In this document: one piece after another, positions 17,640 to 25,462 of the stretch
Position numbering within the stretch: position 1 is the stretch's first letter
How the letters are laid out: every line of letters starts with the position of its first letter
Assembly: GCF_037902255.1 (NCBI RefSeq)
Contig: NZ_CP147990.1
Coordinates: forward strand, 1,380,001-1,412,000
Reading direction: 5' to 3'
Origin: Candidatus Electrothrix sp. GW3-4
GTDB taxonomy: Bacteria > Desulfobacterota > Desulfobulbia > Desulfobulbales > Desulfobulbaceae
Length of the DNA: 32,000 bases
The notes under the pieces: model-generated
Databases searched by the model: none
What the model was told of the DNA's origin: nothing
What the model saw: only the letters and a program-made list of their open reading frames with translations
Position numbers and translations under genes: made by a program

Positions 17640-17954
17640 ATGAAAAAACAAAACTGTTGGGAAGTAAAAAAATGTGGGCGGGAGCCTGATGGAATACGGG
17701 CTGATGAATTTGGAGTCTGCCCTGCTGCTGAAGAGGATAAGGCTGACGGAATCCACGATGGTGAGAACGGTGGCCGCTGCTGCTGGGTGGTTGCCGGGAC
17801 CTTATGTAAGGGCGAAAATGCCCAGGGATCTTATGTAGATAAGTTTACTGCTGATTGCCAGAAATGTGATTTTTACGCTATGGTCAAACGGGAGGAGGAA
17901 CCGAATTTTAAAATTGGTTTATCCATCTTAAAGGAAATACGACAAAAGAAGTAG
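17640..17954 (+). CDS. small Cys-rich protein of the 'two-CW domain' type
   Basis: The ATG at 17640 has aagga about 10 nt upstream. The 104-aa product carries 9 Cys in the pattern NCWEVKKCG...GVCPA...GGRCCWVVAGTLCKG...ADCQKCDFY. From memory this matches proteins annotated 'two-CW domain-containing' in sulfate-reducer genomes. I have not verified this. Confidence 0.7.
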   Translation: MKKQNCWEVKKCGREPDGIRADEFGVCPAAEEDKADGIHDGENGGRCCWVVAGTLCKGENAQGSYVDKFTADCQKCDFYAMVKREEEPNFKIGLSILKEIRQKK

Positions 17955-18010
17955 GGGGACTGTAACGTTAAACTGATGGGCATGGTAACGCCGGGAAGAA
18001 AAGCTTATTT

Positions 18011-18578
18011 TATCCCGGCGGGCCAGTATACATAAATCGAGTAGGATGCGGTGGGGTAAATCACGCTCACCTCATCCCTTCGTAATTGAGAAGGGCTTTT
18101 GTGGCTCATATCCCCCCCCGACGAACACAGCCCGCCAGGTTATTCCTCCGGTTTTATCCTTCACGCTGTTACCTGGTTTTACTGGCTGGAATTTCAACAC
18201 GACTACGGAATCATCTGCCACCTCTCACTGCTTCAGAACGTCCTTGGATCTCTCCTTGTTCCTTCCTCTCTCAAATTTTGAGAACAGCAAGAGGCTTCCC
18301 CGGTTAAGGGGAACTTCCTATGAGCAATCGCGTGCTCAAGCACGCAAATAGAGCTGACCGGATATCGGGCGTCACGATATTTCGAACGGTTACCCCTCTA
18401 TCGCGCCGAATCAGGTTCGCTTGCGCTATGTACCACTCACTTTCTATCGCTTCCTTCAGACCCTGCCGTTGCCAGCACGCCCCCGGAGTCTTCGCTTACC
18501 TGCGATTCGAATTGTCTTCCCCCTGGTCGGGGTGGCGCCTGTTTAACCCTGGCTGAGTTTGCCCGCCATGCCGGGTAA
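18011..18578 (-). ncRNA. candidate large structured non-coding RNA or element (~570 nt), family not recognised
   Basis: There is no credible ORF. All three plus frames are open only because the plus strand is pyrimidine-rich, which makes the minus strand purine-rich. The ends pair: cccggcgggc at 18014-18023 with gcccgcc-atg-ccggg at 18561-18575. Internal perfect hairpins lie at 18076-18095, 18269-18283, 18296-18313 and 18330-18345. The strand assignment is tentative. Confidence 0.35.
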
Positions 18579-18581
18579 ACA

Positions 18582-18619
18582 AAAAATCCCTACCTGCACC
18601 AAGGCCGGTAGGGATTTTT
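18582..18619. terminator. bidirectional intrinsic terminator hairpin
   Basis: aaaaatccctacc (18582-18594) pairs with ggtagggattttt (18607-18619) as a 13-bp stem. A/T tracts flank both sides, so it could terminate transcription from either direction. Confidence 0.6.
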
Positions 18620-18737
18620 GGGTGGGTGTTGCTCCTCGCTCTTTTTGAGGCAAGGGGCTGAAGATTCTCAGCGGAAAAAATTACAGCGGACAGCGCGTTT
18701 TTGACAATCCACGGCCTGAGTCAGGACGCGGAGATTA

Positions 18738-19541
18738 TTATTTGTCTGCACTTGCCTTGTTATGGTGGTATTCTTCCAACACCTCAAGTTCCTTTTCCAG
18801 CTTTTCCACTGAGGCCAGAACTATCACCGGTAAGGCTCCTTTCTCGATATCAACAAAGAATTCCTTGGCAACTGGCCAAAATTCGTTGATTTTATTTCGG
18901 CTGGCCAAGGTGTTGCCTGTGTATTTAGTATATGCATTGATTTTGGATATGGTAGTTTCAAAATCCTGCACAGCCTGCTTTAACTGGACAACATTATTAT
19001 AATCATTAAAACCTGCCTGATAGGCAATGTAGAACTTGTTAATCCTTTCGAGAAGAAAAAGCAGCTCTTCTACCGCAACAAGCATGCTTTCTTCAGCATT
19101 ATTCTTATGCAGATGCTGGTCAGCAACAAACTCTGACCCCTCCAGCAGGGACTCGCTATAGTCGATCATCAATGCCCCGTTTTCCTTACTGTACGGTTTT
19201 TTGACAATGTCTAATAACTCATCCAGGGTATACTCAAGGTAGGTTACGATGTTTCTTTCTTCCTTGCTTCCCTTCTTCAGCCCGTCTTGGATGACGATCA
19301 GGTCCTTCTGCAAACGGGCAAGACTTTTTTTCAGGTCCTCGGTTGCACGGTCAGAGCGAACACCCTGTTGCTTATAAAAATACGCCTTGGTGATCGTTTG
19401 GCTGGAAAATTTTATATTTTCGGCCGCCTCTACGGTCAACAGATCATGCTTCAAGTCAGCTGCAAATGCGGGAACAACGTATAATGCGCAGAATATACCT
19501 GCTGTTACATACTTTACTGTCTTCTTCATTGTCAATTTCAT
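18738..19541 (-). CDS. secreted all-helical protein with two PilJ/NarX-N-terminal-like sensor repeats, no output domain
   Basis: The Sec signal is MKKTVKYVTAGIFCALYVVPAFA-A. Two PilJ-like motifs are present: IKFSSQTITKAYFYKQQGV and VEELLFLLERINKFYIAYQAGF. The start ATG (19541-19539) shares one nucleotide with the upstream TAA stop. An alternative start lies at 19529. Confidence 0.75.
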   Translation of the reverse strand: MKLTMKKTVKYVTAGIFCALYVVPAFAADLKHDLLTVEAAENIKFSSQTITKAYFYKQQGVRSDRATEDLKKSLARLQKDLIVIQDGLKKGSKEERNIVTYLEYTLDELLDIVKKPYSKENGALMIDYSESLLEGSEFVADQHLHKNNAEESMLVAVEELLFLLERINKFYIAYQAGFNDYNNVVQLKQAVQDFETTISKINAYTKYTGNTLASRNKINEFWPVAKEFFVDIEKGALPVIVLASVEKLEKELEVLEEYHHNKASADK

Positions 19542-20455
19542 TAGACCAGTTCCCCCTCTACATATACAATTTCAGTGATGACCCTAAAGATTTCGCCTGC
19601 TGTTTTCTCATCAGCAATAGGCGTGAAATATCCTGAGACCGTCCCCTCAACCAGTTTTTGTTCCATGTTCAGGATGGTACGAAGTTCTTCAAAGATCTTG
19701 CTGGCCATCTTCTCTGCTGCTGACGGCATGAAGCGACCAGAGTCACTCTTGGCCATTACGCTGAAGGCGATAAACTCCTTTTCTACCTTTTTCAGCTTTT
19801 CTTTGATCTCCTTAGAGACAAGCTTTTCATCCGCTTCAAAAAGTTCTTTGTAGATCTTTTCGGTTTGGTCAACAATCTCTTTTAACTCTGTTTCGTAATC
19901 AGAGTCAGCCAGTCCCCAGGCCTTTATCAGGTAGAGAGCGGCCAGGCGCTGTGACTCCATACCCAGCTCGGCCACCAGCACCACATCATGTTCGCCCTTG
20001 ATGCCGGTGTCATGGGAGATATCTTCAGCAATCTCCTCACAACGAATAGTAAATTTCTCGACCCTCTTGCGAAGATCAAGCATTTTGCTTTGTTCTGGAG
20101 CCTTTTCGAACTCCGGCTTGATGGCATGCCAGGATTTTTCGATTTCAACAATCTCGGCTGCCAGTTTTTCATTTTGCTTATGCCCTTCAAGGTCCTGAAT
20201 CTCCTTCTCCATAACCTCAAGGTTTTCTTTAAGGTCCTTGGCAGGATCATGGTAGTCTACCCCCATGCCGACCAGGGCATAATCCTTTAAGAGGCGATTG
20301 GCCTGCATGCAGATTGCGGCCATTTCATGGACGTCTTCTGCTGAGGCGTTTGCGGATACCTCTGTGCAGAAGAAAAGTGCTGTGACAGCTGTTAGGGTCA
20401 ATATATATCTGGCAGGTAGATATATAAGTTTCTTCGCGATTTGTTTGTGTTTCAT
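19541..20455 (-). CDS. secreted or anchored all-helical protein with two PilJ/NarX-N-terminal-like sensor repeats (paralog of the downstream gene)
   Basis: The N-terminal hydrophobic segment is YILTLTAVTALFFCTEVSANA. Motifs are AAICMQANRLLKDYALVGMGV and VAELGMESQRLAALYLIKAWGL, the latter resembling the AGRQRMLSQR-type PilJ motif. The rest is K/E-rich and helical. Confidence 0.75.
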   Translation of the reverse strand: MKHKQIAKKLIYLPARYILTLTAVTALFFCTEVSANASAEDVHEMAAICMQANRLLKDYALVGMGVDYHDPAKDLKENLEVMEKEIQDLEGHKQNEKLAAEIVEIEKSWHAIKPEFEKAPEQSKMLDLRKRVEKFTIRCEEIAEDISHDTGIKGEHDVVLVAELGMESQRLAALYLIKAWGLADSDYETELKEIVDQTEKIYKELFEADEKLVSKEIKEKLKKVEKEFIAFSVMAKSDSGRFMPSAAEKMASKIFEELRTILNMEQKLVEGTVSGYFTPIADEKTAGEIFRVITEIVYVEGELV

Positions 20456-20485
20456 AACTTTCTCTGGATCAAATTAGTGTTAGCA

Positions 20486-21126
20486 CGAAATAAGGAATTA
20501 TTTCGCATAAAAAGCTGATATAGATAAGAATGTCCCGAGCACACTTGGTTCTCCAAACCATCTTGTTTGGTTATGATGCTGGAATATTCGCCTTTGCGCG
20601 CAAACGGGAGCGGAAAAATATTTCCGCTGGCAATACCACATCAACGGCCTGAAGTAAAAAAGACAAGGTACTGTGCGAAAGACTGAGGGGGATGGCGGTG
20701 CTGACGTATCGCCACGCACCACGAATGGAAAACGTACTTGGATGGAATAGAGTTCTCATAACATACCTTCCGATATAGGTTACAGGTAAAAGCAGGCAAC
20801 CCGGCTATCTCCTCCCTGGAGACCCGTGGCTTTCCGACACCGCCTCGCGACGGCTGTGGCTTTATCAACTTTCCGTTTTCCAGCGGAAAGCAGGCACCCA
20901 CTTAGTTTTAACGAGGGATTGCCATTTGTTACGAATTTATACAGAACGAAAAGTATCTGTTCTGTTGCGCAGCCCATGAAAGGCTGGCAAAGAGTTGAAG
21001 CACCGTCTTCTTCATGTCGACAGACGCTGGAACATCACCTGTTCCTAACTGGAAACGCCTTTGGTGGGTGGGGCGTCAGTTATTGCTTCAACGTGCAATG
21101 AACTTACAGGGTTTTGTTAGCCCTGT
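20486..21126 (+). ncRNA. second hairpin-dense non-coding segment (~650 nt): candidate structured RNA or long leader; strand uncertain
   Basis: No credible ORF is present. The minus frames are open because the plus strand is purine-rich. Perfect helices lie at 20486-20505, 20553-20570, 20609-20628, 20869-20890, 20941-20965 and 21106-21126. A palindrome tttgcgcgcaaa sits at 20593-20604. A long-range 9-bp pair, gttgaagca (20992-21000) with tgcttcaac (21084-21092), encloses nested helices. Confidence 0.3.
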
Positions 21127-21241
21127 CAAGAAAAACTTTTTATATCAATATGATAGGGCGCAGTTGTCTCGTTTCCCTTGTTGGGAGGGTATTTTTTTCT
21201 TGGGAACAATGAACAGAAGCTTGTTGTGCCCAGATGTACTC

Positions 21242-21280
21242 TATGTGTATATTTTATGTGTATATTCTATGTGTACGATG
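21242..21280 (+). repeat. 13-bp tandem repeat tatgtgtatatt(t/c), about 2.6 copies
   Basis: Read directly as tatgtgtatattt / tatgtgtatattc / tatgtgtacgatg. It lies in the AT-rich region upstream of the GH3 gene. Confidence 0.6.
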
Positions 21281-21663
21281 GAGTCACGTATCCTTTGTTT
21301 TCAGCTTTTGCGACCATGCTATCTTGCTTTTTTGAGGTTATTAAACAAAAAATGAACTGCTGCTTGTTGTTAACAGAATAGCTCCTGTTTGGCCGCACAA
21401 TGTGGTGTTTATTTGCTATCTTTATTATGTTTAATAAATTTAACTAGTTACGACTTTTATTTCTGTTTTTTGCTAAAAATGTGCCATTTGCAGGTTTATT
21501 ATTATTTTTATTGTTACAAGTTGTTTTTTATCGAAAAAATAATATGCAAGGAAACTTCTTGACAAGTTTGTCTTTGGTTGTTCTCTGATGTTTGTATATT
21601 TTTTTGTACATATGAGGCGGTAAGGTTTTATTTTTTTATTCAACATGAATATTGGGAGGAGAA

Positions 21664-22701
21664 ATGATGAAGCTCAGTCGTATGTTTCTTGTTGGCTTCG
21701 ACGGATGCACACTCAAGCAAGGGCATTGGCTCAGAAGGGCCCTTGCAGGCACACCTCCGGCGGGCGTCATCCTTTTTGATAGAAATATCGACGGGAGAGT
21801 TCAGAATTTCAGCTCGGCAACTCAGCTTAAGGAACTGACGACAGAGCTTGCTACGTTGACAACTGGCCCTCTATTGATCGCAGTAGACCAGGAAGGGGGG
21901 AGGGTGTGCAGGCTGAAAGAACGGGATGGGTTTGCAGGTACTGAAACAGCGGCAGAGCTTGGACAGCAGAGTCCAGAGGTATCTACTCTGCCAGCGGCAG
22001 AGGCAATGGCTGCCGCCTTGGCAGGCTATGGCATTAATCTGAATCTTGCCCCAGTGGTGGATGTAAATCTGAATCTTGATAATCCGATTATCGCTCGGTA
22101 TGAGCGGAGCTTTGGAGTTATTCCAGAGACGGTTGCCGCCCACTGTCAGGCCTTTCTGCAAGGACATCATAATAATGGGGTTGCCTGTTGCTTAAAGCAT
22201 TTCCCGGGGCATGGCAGTGCCTCTGGGGATTCACATCTTGGCTTTGTCGATATCAGCAAGGATTGGCAAGAGAAAGAGCTTGAACCCTATAAGATTCTGC
22301 TTGCGAGCTGTCGTGTCGATGCCATCATGACGGCGCATGTGGTTCATTATGGGCTGGATCCCTCAGGGCTCCCTGCGACCTTGTCACCTGTTATGATCAA
22401 CACCATGCTGCGCCATGACTTGGGATTTACTGGCGTGATCATAACTGATGACTTGCAAATGAAGGCTATTTCCTCAAGGTATGGTTATAAGGAGGCGGTC
22501 CAGCACGCTGTGCTGGCAGGGACGGATCTTCTGATTGTGGGCAATAATCTGGAGCGCGATCCAGATGCCCTTGAACAGGGCATTGCCGCAATTCAAGAGC
22601 TTCTGGATCAAGGGCGTGTCTCTGAAGAGCGCATTCAAGAGTCCTTACGGCGCATTGATCTCTTGCTCCAGTTCTGCACCAGGAGAGAGCTCTTCAAGTG
22701 A
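21664..22701 (+). CDS. nagZ: glycoside hydrolase family 3 N-terminal-domain protein, beta-N-acetylhexosaminidase-like
   Basis: The ATG at 21664 follows gggagga. GH3/NagZ motifs are DQEGGRV, NLAPVVDV, KHFPGHG and ITDDL. The size (~345 aa) fits single-domain NagZ. Confidence 0.8.
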   Translation: MMKLSRMFLVGFDGCTLKQGHWLRRALAGTPPAGVILFDRNIDGRVQNFSSATQLKELTTELATLTTGPLLIAVDQEGGRVCRLKERDGFAGTETAAELGQQSPEVSTLPAAEAMAAALAGYGINLNLAPVVDVNLNLDNPIIARYERSFGVIPETVAAHCQAFLQGHHNNGVACCLKHFPGHGSASGDSHLGFVDISKDWQEKELEPYKILLASCRVDAIMTAHVVHYGLDPSGLPATLSPVMINTMLRHDLGFTGVIITDDLQMKAISSRYGYKEAVQHAVLAGTDLLIVGNNLERDPDALEQGIAAIQELLDQGRVSEERIQESLRRIDLLLQFCTRRELFK

Positions 22702-25161
22702 ATCGGAAAAATTATCTCGACGCATCCTTTCCTCATCAAGTATTTTATGAAGAATAGCGGTGAGGCAGCCGGGCTGAAGGTAGTCCTGGCCCCGACCGTT
22801 GGCAAAGATAAAGGAGGACTTTGCTGCCATGTCTTCCCATGTTATGGAGGAAGGGGTCTTGGCCACGATTTCAAAGAAGTTTCGGTTATAGGGATCGTTG
22901 ATAATTGCCATACCCGTGCCAATAGTGGCCAGGATATCAATATGGCCGAGAAACATTCGGGTCAGTTTGGTGTAGGCCTTGACACCACCGCAGGAGCCCA
23001 GGCTGAAAAAACGCTGCCTTCTGGTGAGATCATTGGCTGTGATCTGGTTGTTCTCCTTGAGCTTTTCCAGAGGGTCCGTGATCTGCTCTGAACGCCAGTA
23101 GGAATGTCCTCGCTGGGCAAACATTTCGTCGTCTCCCTGGAGGAAACGTTTCATCAATAATTGTTGATCAGCTTCATTGGCATACACATATACTGCATGG
23201 CTTATAGTGATCCCCTTGACCTTTTTGACAAAGGCAGCGGCAAAGGGGTTGCGGCGCATGGTATCAAAGAGCGCTGCCAGTCCCTTGCCTGATCGGGCCC
23301 GCTGGAGAGCACGCTTGCTCATCTCCCTTGTGGATGCGTCCTGGTACGGGCTGTATTGTTTGGAAAAGGCCATGCTGTAACCATGCTTGAGCAGGGTCTG
23401 CGCGTTGGAGACAAAGGATTTACGTCCATCATCGTCAGGATGAAAGACAGAAATGGATCCCAAGCGTTTGTCTTCTTTCCATTCCCCAAAGGGCGTCTGG
23501 AGGTACTTGTTTAGATCCACAGCGCCGTTGCGATCAACTGTCTGCTGAATGAGCTGTCGGGATGAGGCATTGAGGAGATCAGGGTATTCCTGTAAATAGT
23601 ATTGAAGAATAACCGTAAGTAACTTGCTGAAACTGCCTCGCCCGTTATCGGCCAGCACCATTTTTTTAATCAGATAAAATCGAACCTCTGGATCAAGTAC
23701 CTTGAGCAAATGGCGGAAGGTGGCGGAAAAGAGGAGGATGGTATCTTCATCCTTAAAGGCGGAAGCCGCAACCAGATCCAGGATCTTTTCCTGCTCACTA
23801 GCTTTGTTGGGGAAAAAGGTGGTGAGTTTTCCTTTCTGGGCCAGGCTGACAATAAAGCTGGAAACCAGGAGGTTGTTCGGGTCTGTTGCCTTGAGAAAGA
23901 TGAGCAGGTTGTTCTGATATTTTTTATGGATTCGTTTCTTTAAGATGGGGACCAGGATATCTCGAAACGAGGAGTCATATAGTTCGCTTCCCTGGGCCAG
24001 CAGGGTATAGATATTTGCTGAGGTGAGATCTTGCGAAACCTGGGTACGGTCTGCTGTGGTTGCTTTGCGCAATACCCTGATCATCGTATTTTTTTTTCCT
24101 GCCTTGTATGCGGCAAGAAAATGACCACCATAGTTGACCTTAGTTTTTTGGGAGAGTTTGGCAAAAAGCCCCTGTAGCTCCTTTCTCGACATTGCCTGCA
24201 GGCTGGCACTGGAGATTTCCATGCCGTATTCATCGGAAACAGCATGCAGGCTGTTAATCTTCCAGATCAGCTCTTCGCCAGCAGCATAAAAGGCGTCCAG
24301 GAGCTGGGTACGTTCGCGGCCGTCATAGCGATAATACTGTTTTTCCTGCACATGAACGGGGTGGGCAAAATAACTAATCAACCACCTCCAGGCAGCGTTT
24401 CTGTTGAGTTTGTCTTTTTTAATCAAGGTGCGCATGTTCCAGGCCGCATCATCACGCAGTTGCTGAAAGAGGGGCAGGGCATCGGTGACCGTTTCCGCAC
24501 CCATCCTCCTCGTTTCTGCAAAGGCGGCATAGGCCCATGCCTGTTTATCTGTAAATGTATCAATGAGACTGAGGTTGTTTAAGGCCTGTTCAACAGTTAT
24601 TCCGCGCACGCTGAACATCTTGCGAGCAGCAAAATTCCCTGAAGATTCCATTGCGACAATTTGGGGAATAAGGGCGAGGACTGCATCGGCCTTTTGCCTG
24701 GAGATCCCCAGAAAGGCACGCAGGCATTTTACCTCTTCATGCGTCAGCTCTTTGATGCTCCTGAGAACTTGAACCGCCAAAGGCATGGTCGCGTCAGGAA
24801 GTTTGGTCCATTCTTCAAAGGCAAGGATTTGATTATAGCTTGCATTTTTATTTTCCAGCTCCTTCCAGATTTCTCTGCATTGGGGAAAATTTGCCCCAGG
24901 CAGCACGCTGATTTGGCGGGTAATCCGCTGGGAGTTGTAGTTCATCTGTTTAATAACTTGGTGCCCATATTCCAGTTCATCTTCTGTTAAGCCTGGTATC
25001 TGGGAAAAGCTCGCCATGGTTTTTTTTACCACGGTATCGTTGGATCTTGCCTGGGCAGCTTGGTGATGAAATAATACGGAGAAAAAATAAAGTAAAAATA
25101 AGGCGATGGCGAAACGGGGGCGTGGGGTATAGGTATTTGTTTTTTTGGGTTGAGCATTCAT
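22645..25161 (-). CDS. large secreted hypothetical protein (838 aa): helical N-terminal two-thirds, possible caspase-like (clan CD) His/Cys C-terminal domain
   Basis: This is a long uninterrupted ORF. The signal-like N-terminus is FAIALFLLYFFSVLFHHQAAQA. The C-terminal region has MFAQRGHS followed 38 residues later by RFFSLGSCGG. No family was recognised. No SD precedes the only possible ATG. Confidence 0.8.
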   Translation of the reverse strand: MNAQPKKTNTYTPRPRFAIALFLLYFFSVLFHHQAAQARSNDTVVKKTMASFSQIPGLTEDELEYGHQVIKQMNYNSQRITRQISVLPGANFPQCREIWKELENKNASYNQILAFEEWTKLPDATMPLAVQVLRSIKELTHEEVKCLRAFLGISRQKADAVLALIPQIVAMESSGNFAARKMFSVRGITVEQALNNLSLIDTFTDKQAWAYAAFAETRRMGAETVTDALPLFQQLRDDAAWNMRTLIKKDKLNRNAAWRWLISYFAHPVHVQEKQYYRYDGRERTQLLDAFYAAGEELIWKINSLHAVSDEYGMEISSASLQAMSRKELQGLFAKLSQKTKVNYGGHFLAAYKAGKKNTMIRVLRKATTADRTQVSQDLTSANIYTLLAQGSELYDSSFRDILVPILKKRIHKKYQNNLLIFLKATDPNNLLVSSFIVSLAQKGKLTTFFPNKASEQEKILDLVAASAFKDEDTILLFSATFRHLLKVLDPEVRFYLIKKMVLADNGRGSFSKLLTVILQYYLQEYPDLLNASSRQLIQQTVDRNGAVDLNKYLQTPFGEWKEDKRLGSISVFHPDDDGRKSFVSNAQTLLKHGYSMAFSKQYSPYQDASTREMSKRALQRARSGKGLAALFDTMRRNPFAAAFVKKVKGITISHAVYVYANEADQQLLMKRFLQGDDEMFAQRGHSYWRSEQITDPLEKLKENNQITANDLTRRQRFFSLGSCGGVKAYTKLTRMFLGHIDILATIGTGMAIINDPYNRNFFEIVAKTPSSITWEDMAAKSSFIFANGRGQDYLQPGCLTAILHKILDEERMRRDNFSDSLEELSPGAELEQEINAP

Positions 25162-25257
25162 AAGTGAAAAAAGTGAAAAAAGTGTTGGTGAATGTGGGTT
25201 GACTCAGGTGATGATGAAAAAACTCTGCGGATGATATTGCTCAGCATTGGATTTATA

Positions 25258-25384
25258 GGACAGCGCTCTCTGCTTTCTTCTTCTAAGTAACAGGACGTGT
25301 ACGTCAGTACGTCAACGTTACTTCGAGGTTTGGTCTCGGCCGCAGGGGACGCTTTCAAGAAGAAGTTGACTGCGCGAGCTGTCC
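25258..25384. other. long imperfect branched inverted repeat in a divergent intergenic region
   Basis: ggacagc (25258-25264) pairs with gctgtcc (25378-25384), ttcttcttc with gaagaagaa, and aagtaac with gttactt. The centre contains a direct repeat tacgtca/tacgtca. Confidence 0.3.
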
Positions 25385-25432
25385 TTGCTCTGCTGAGGGA
25401 TCAGTACGGTTGAATGATACTGTAAAAACGGC

Positions 25433-25462
25433 AAAGGGCAAAGAGAGAAGTTGCCCTTTTTA
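25433..25462 (+). terminator. terminator-like hairpin (aaagggcaa-N9-ttgcccttt + TTTA) between divergent genes
   Basis: A 9-bp perfect stem at 25433-25441 / 25451-25459 is followed by T residues. No annotated gene ends here, so it could close a small transcript. Confidence 0.35.

Noticed and set aside
18046-18556. Four overlapping plus-strand ORFs (60-101 aa), with all three plus frames open over 18099-18281
   Set aside because: Simultaneous openness of all three frames is a compositional artefact of the pyrimidine-rich strand (few stop codons). The translations are Pro/Ser/Leu/Arg-rich nonsense.
18011-18578. Identity of the segment as RNase P RNA, tmRNA, SRP/6S RNA, group II intron, c-di-GMP-I riboswitch, or a MITE
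   Set aside because: The segment lacks the signatures of every class I tested. For RNase P there is no GAGGAAAGUCCGGGC / ACAGAACCCGGCUUA P4 signature; only a loose CUCCGG/CCGGAG pair is present. For tmRNA there is no tRNA-like end or tag reading frame. For a group II intron there is no GUGYG 5' end and no domain V hairpin. The length does not fit SRP or 6S RNA. For a MITE there are terminal inverted repeats, but I saw no flanking target-site duplication.
20498-21381. Overlapping ORFs (62-113 aa) on both strands across the second non-coding segment
   Set aside because: There are multiple overlapping frames with no RBS and no motifs. The frames are open because of strand compositional skew and, further right, AT-rich low complexity.
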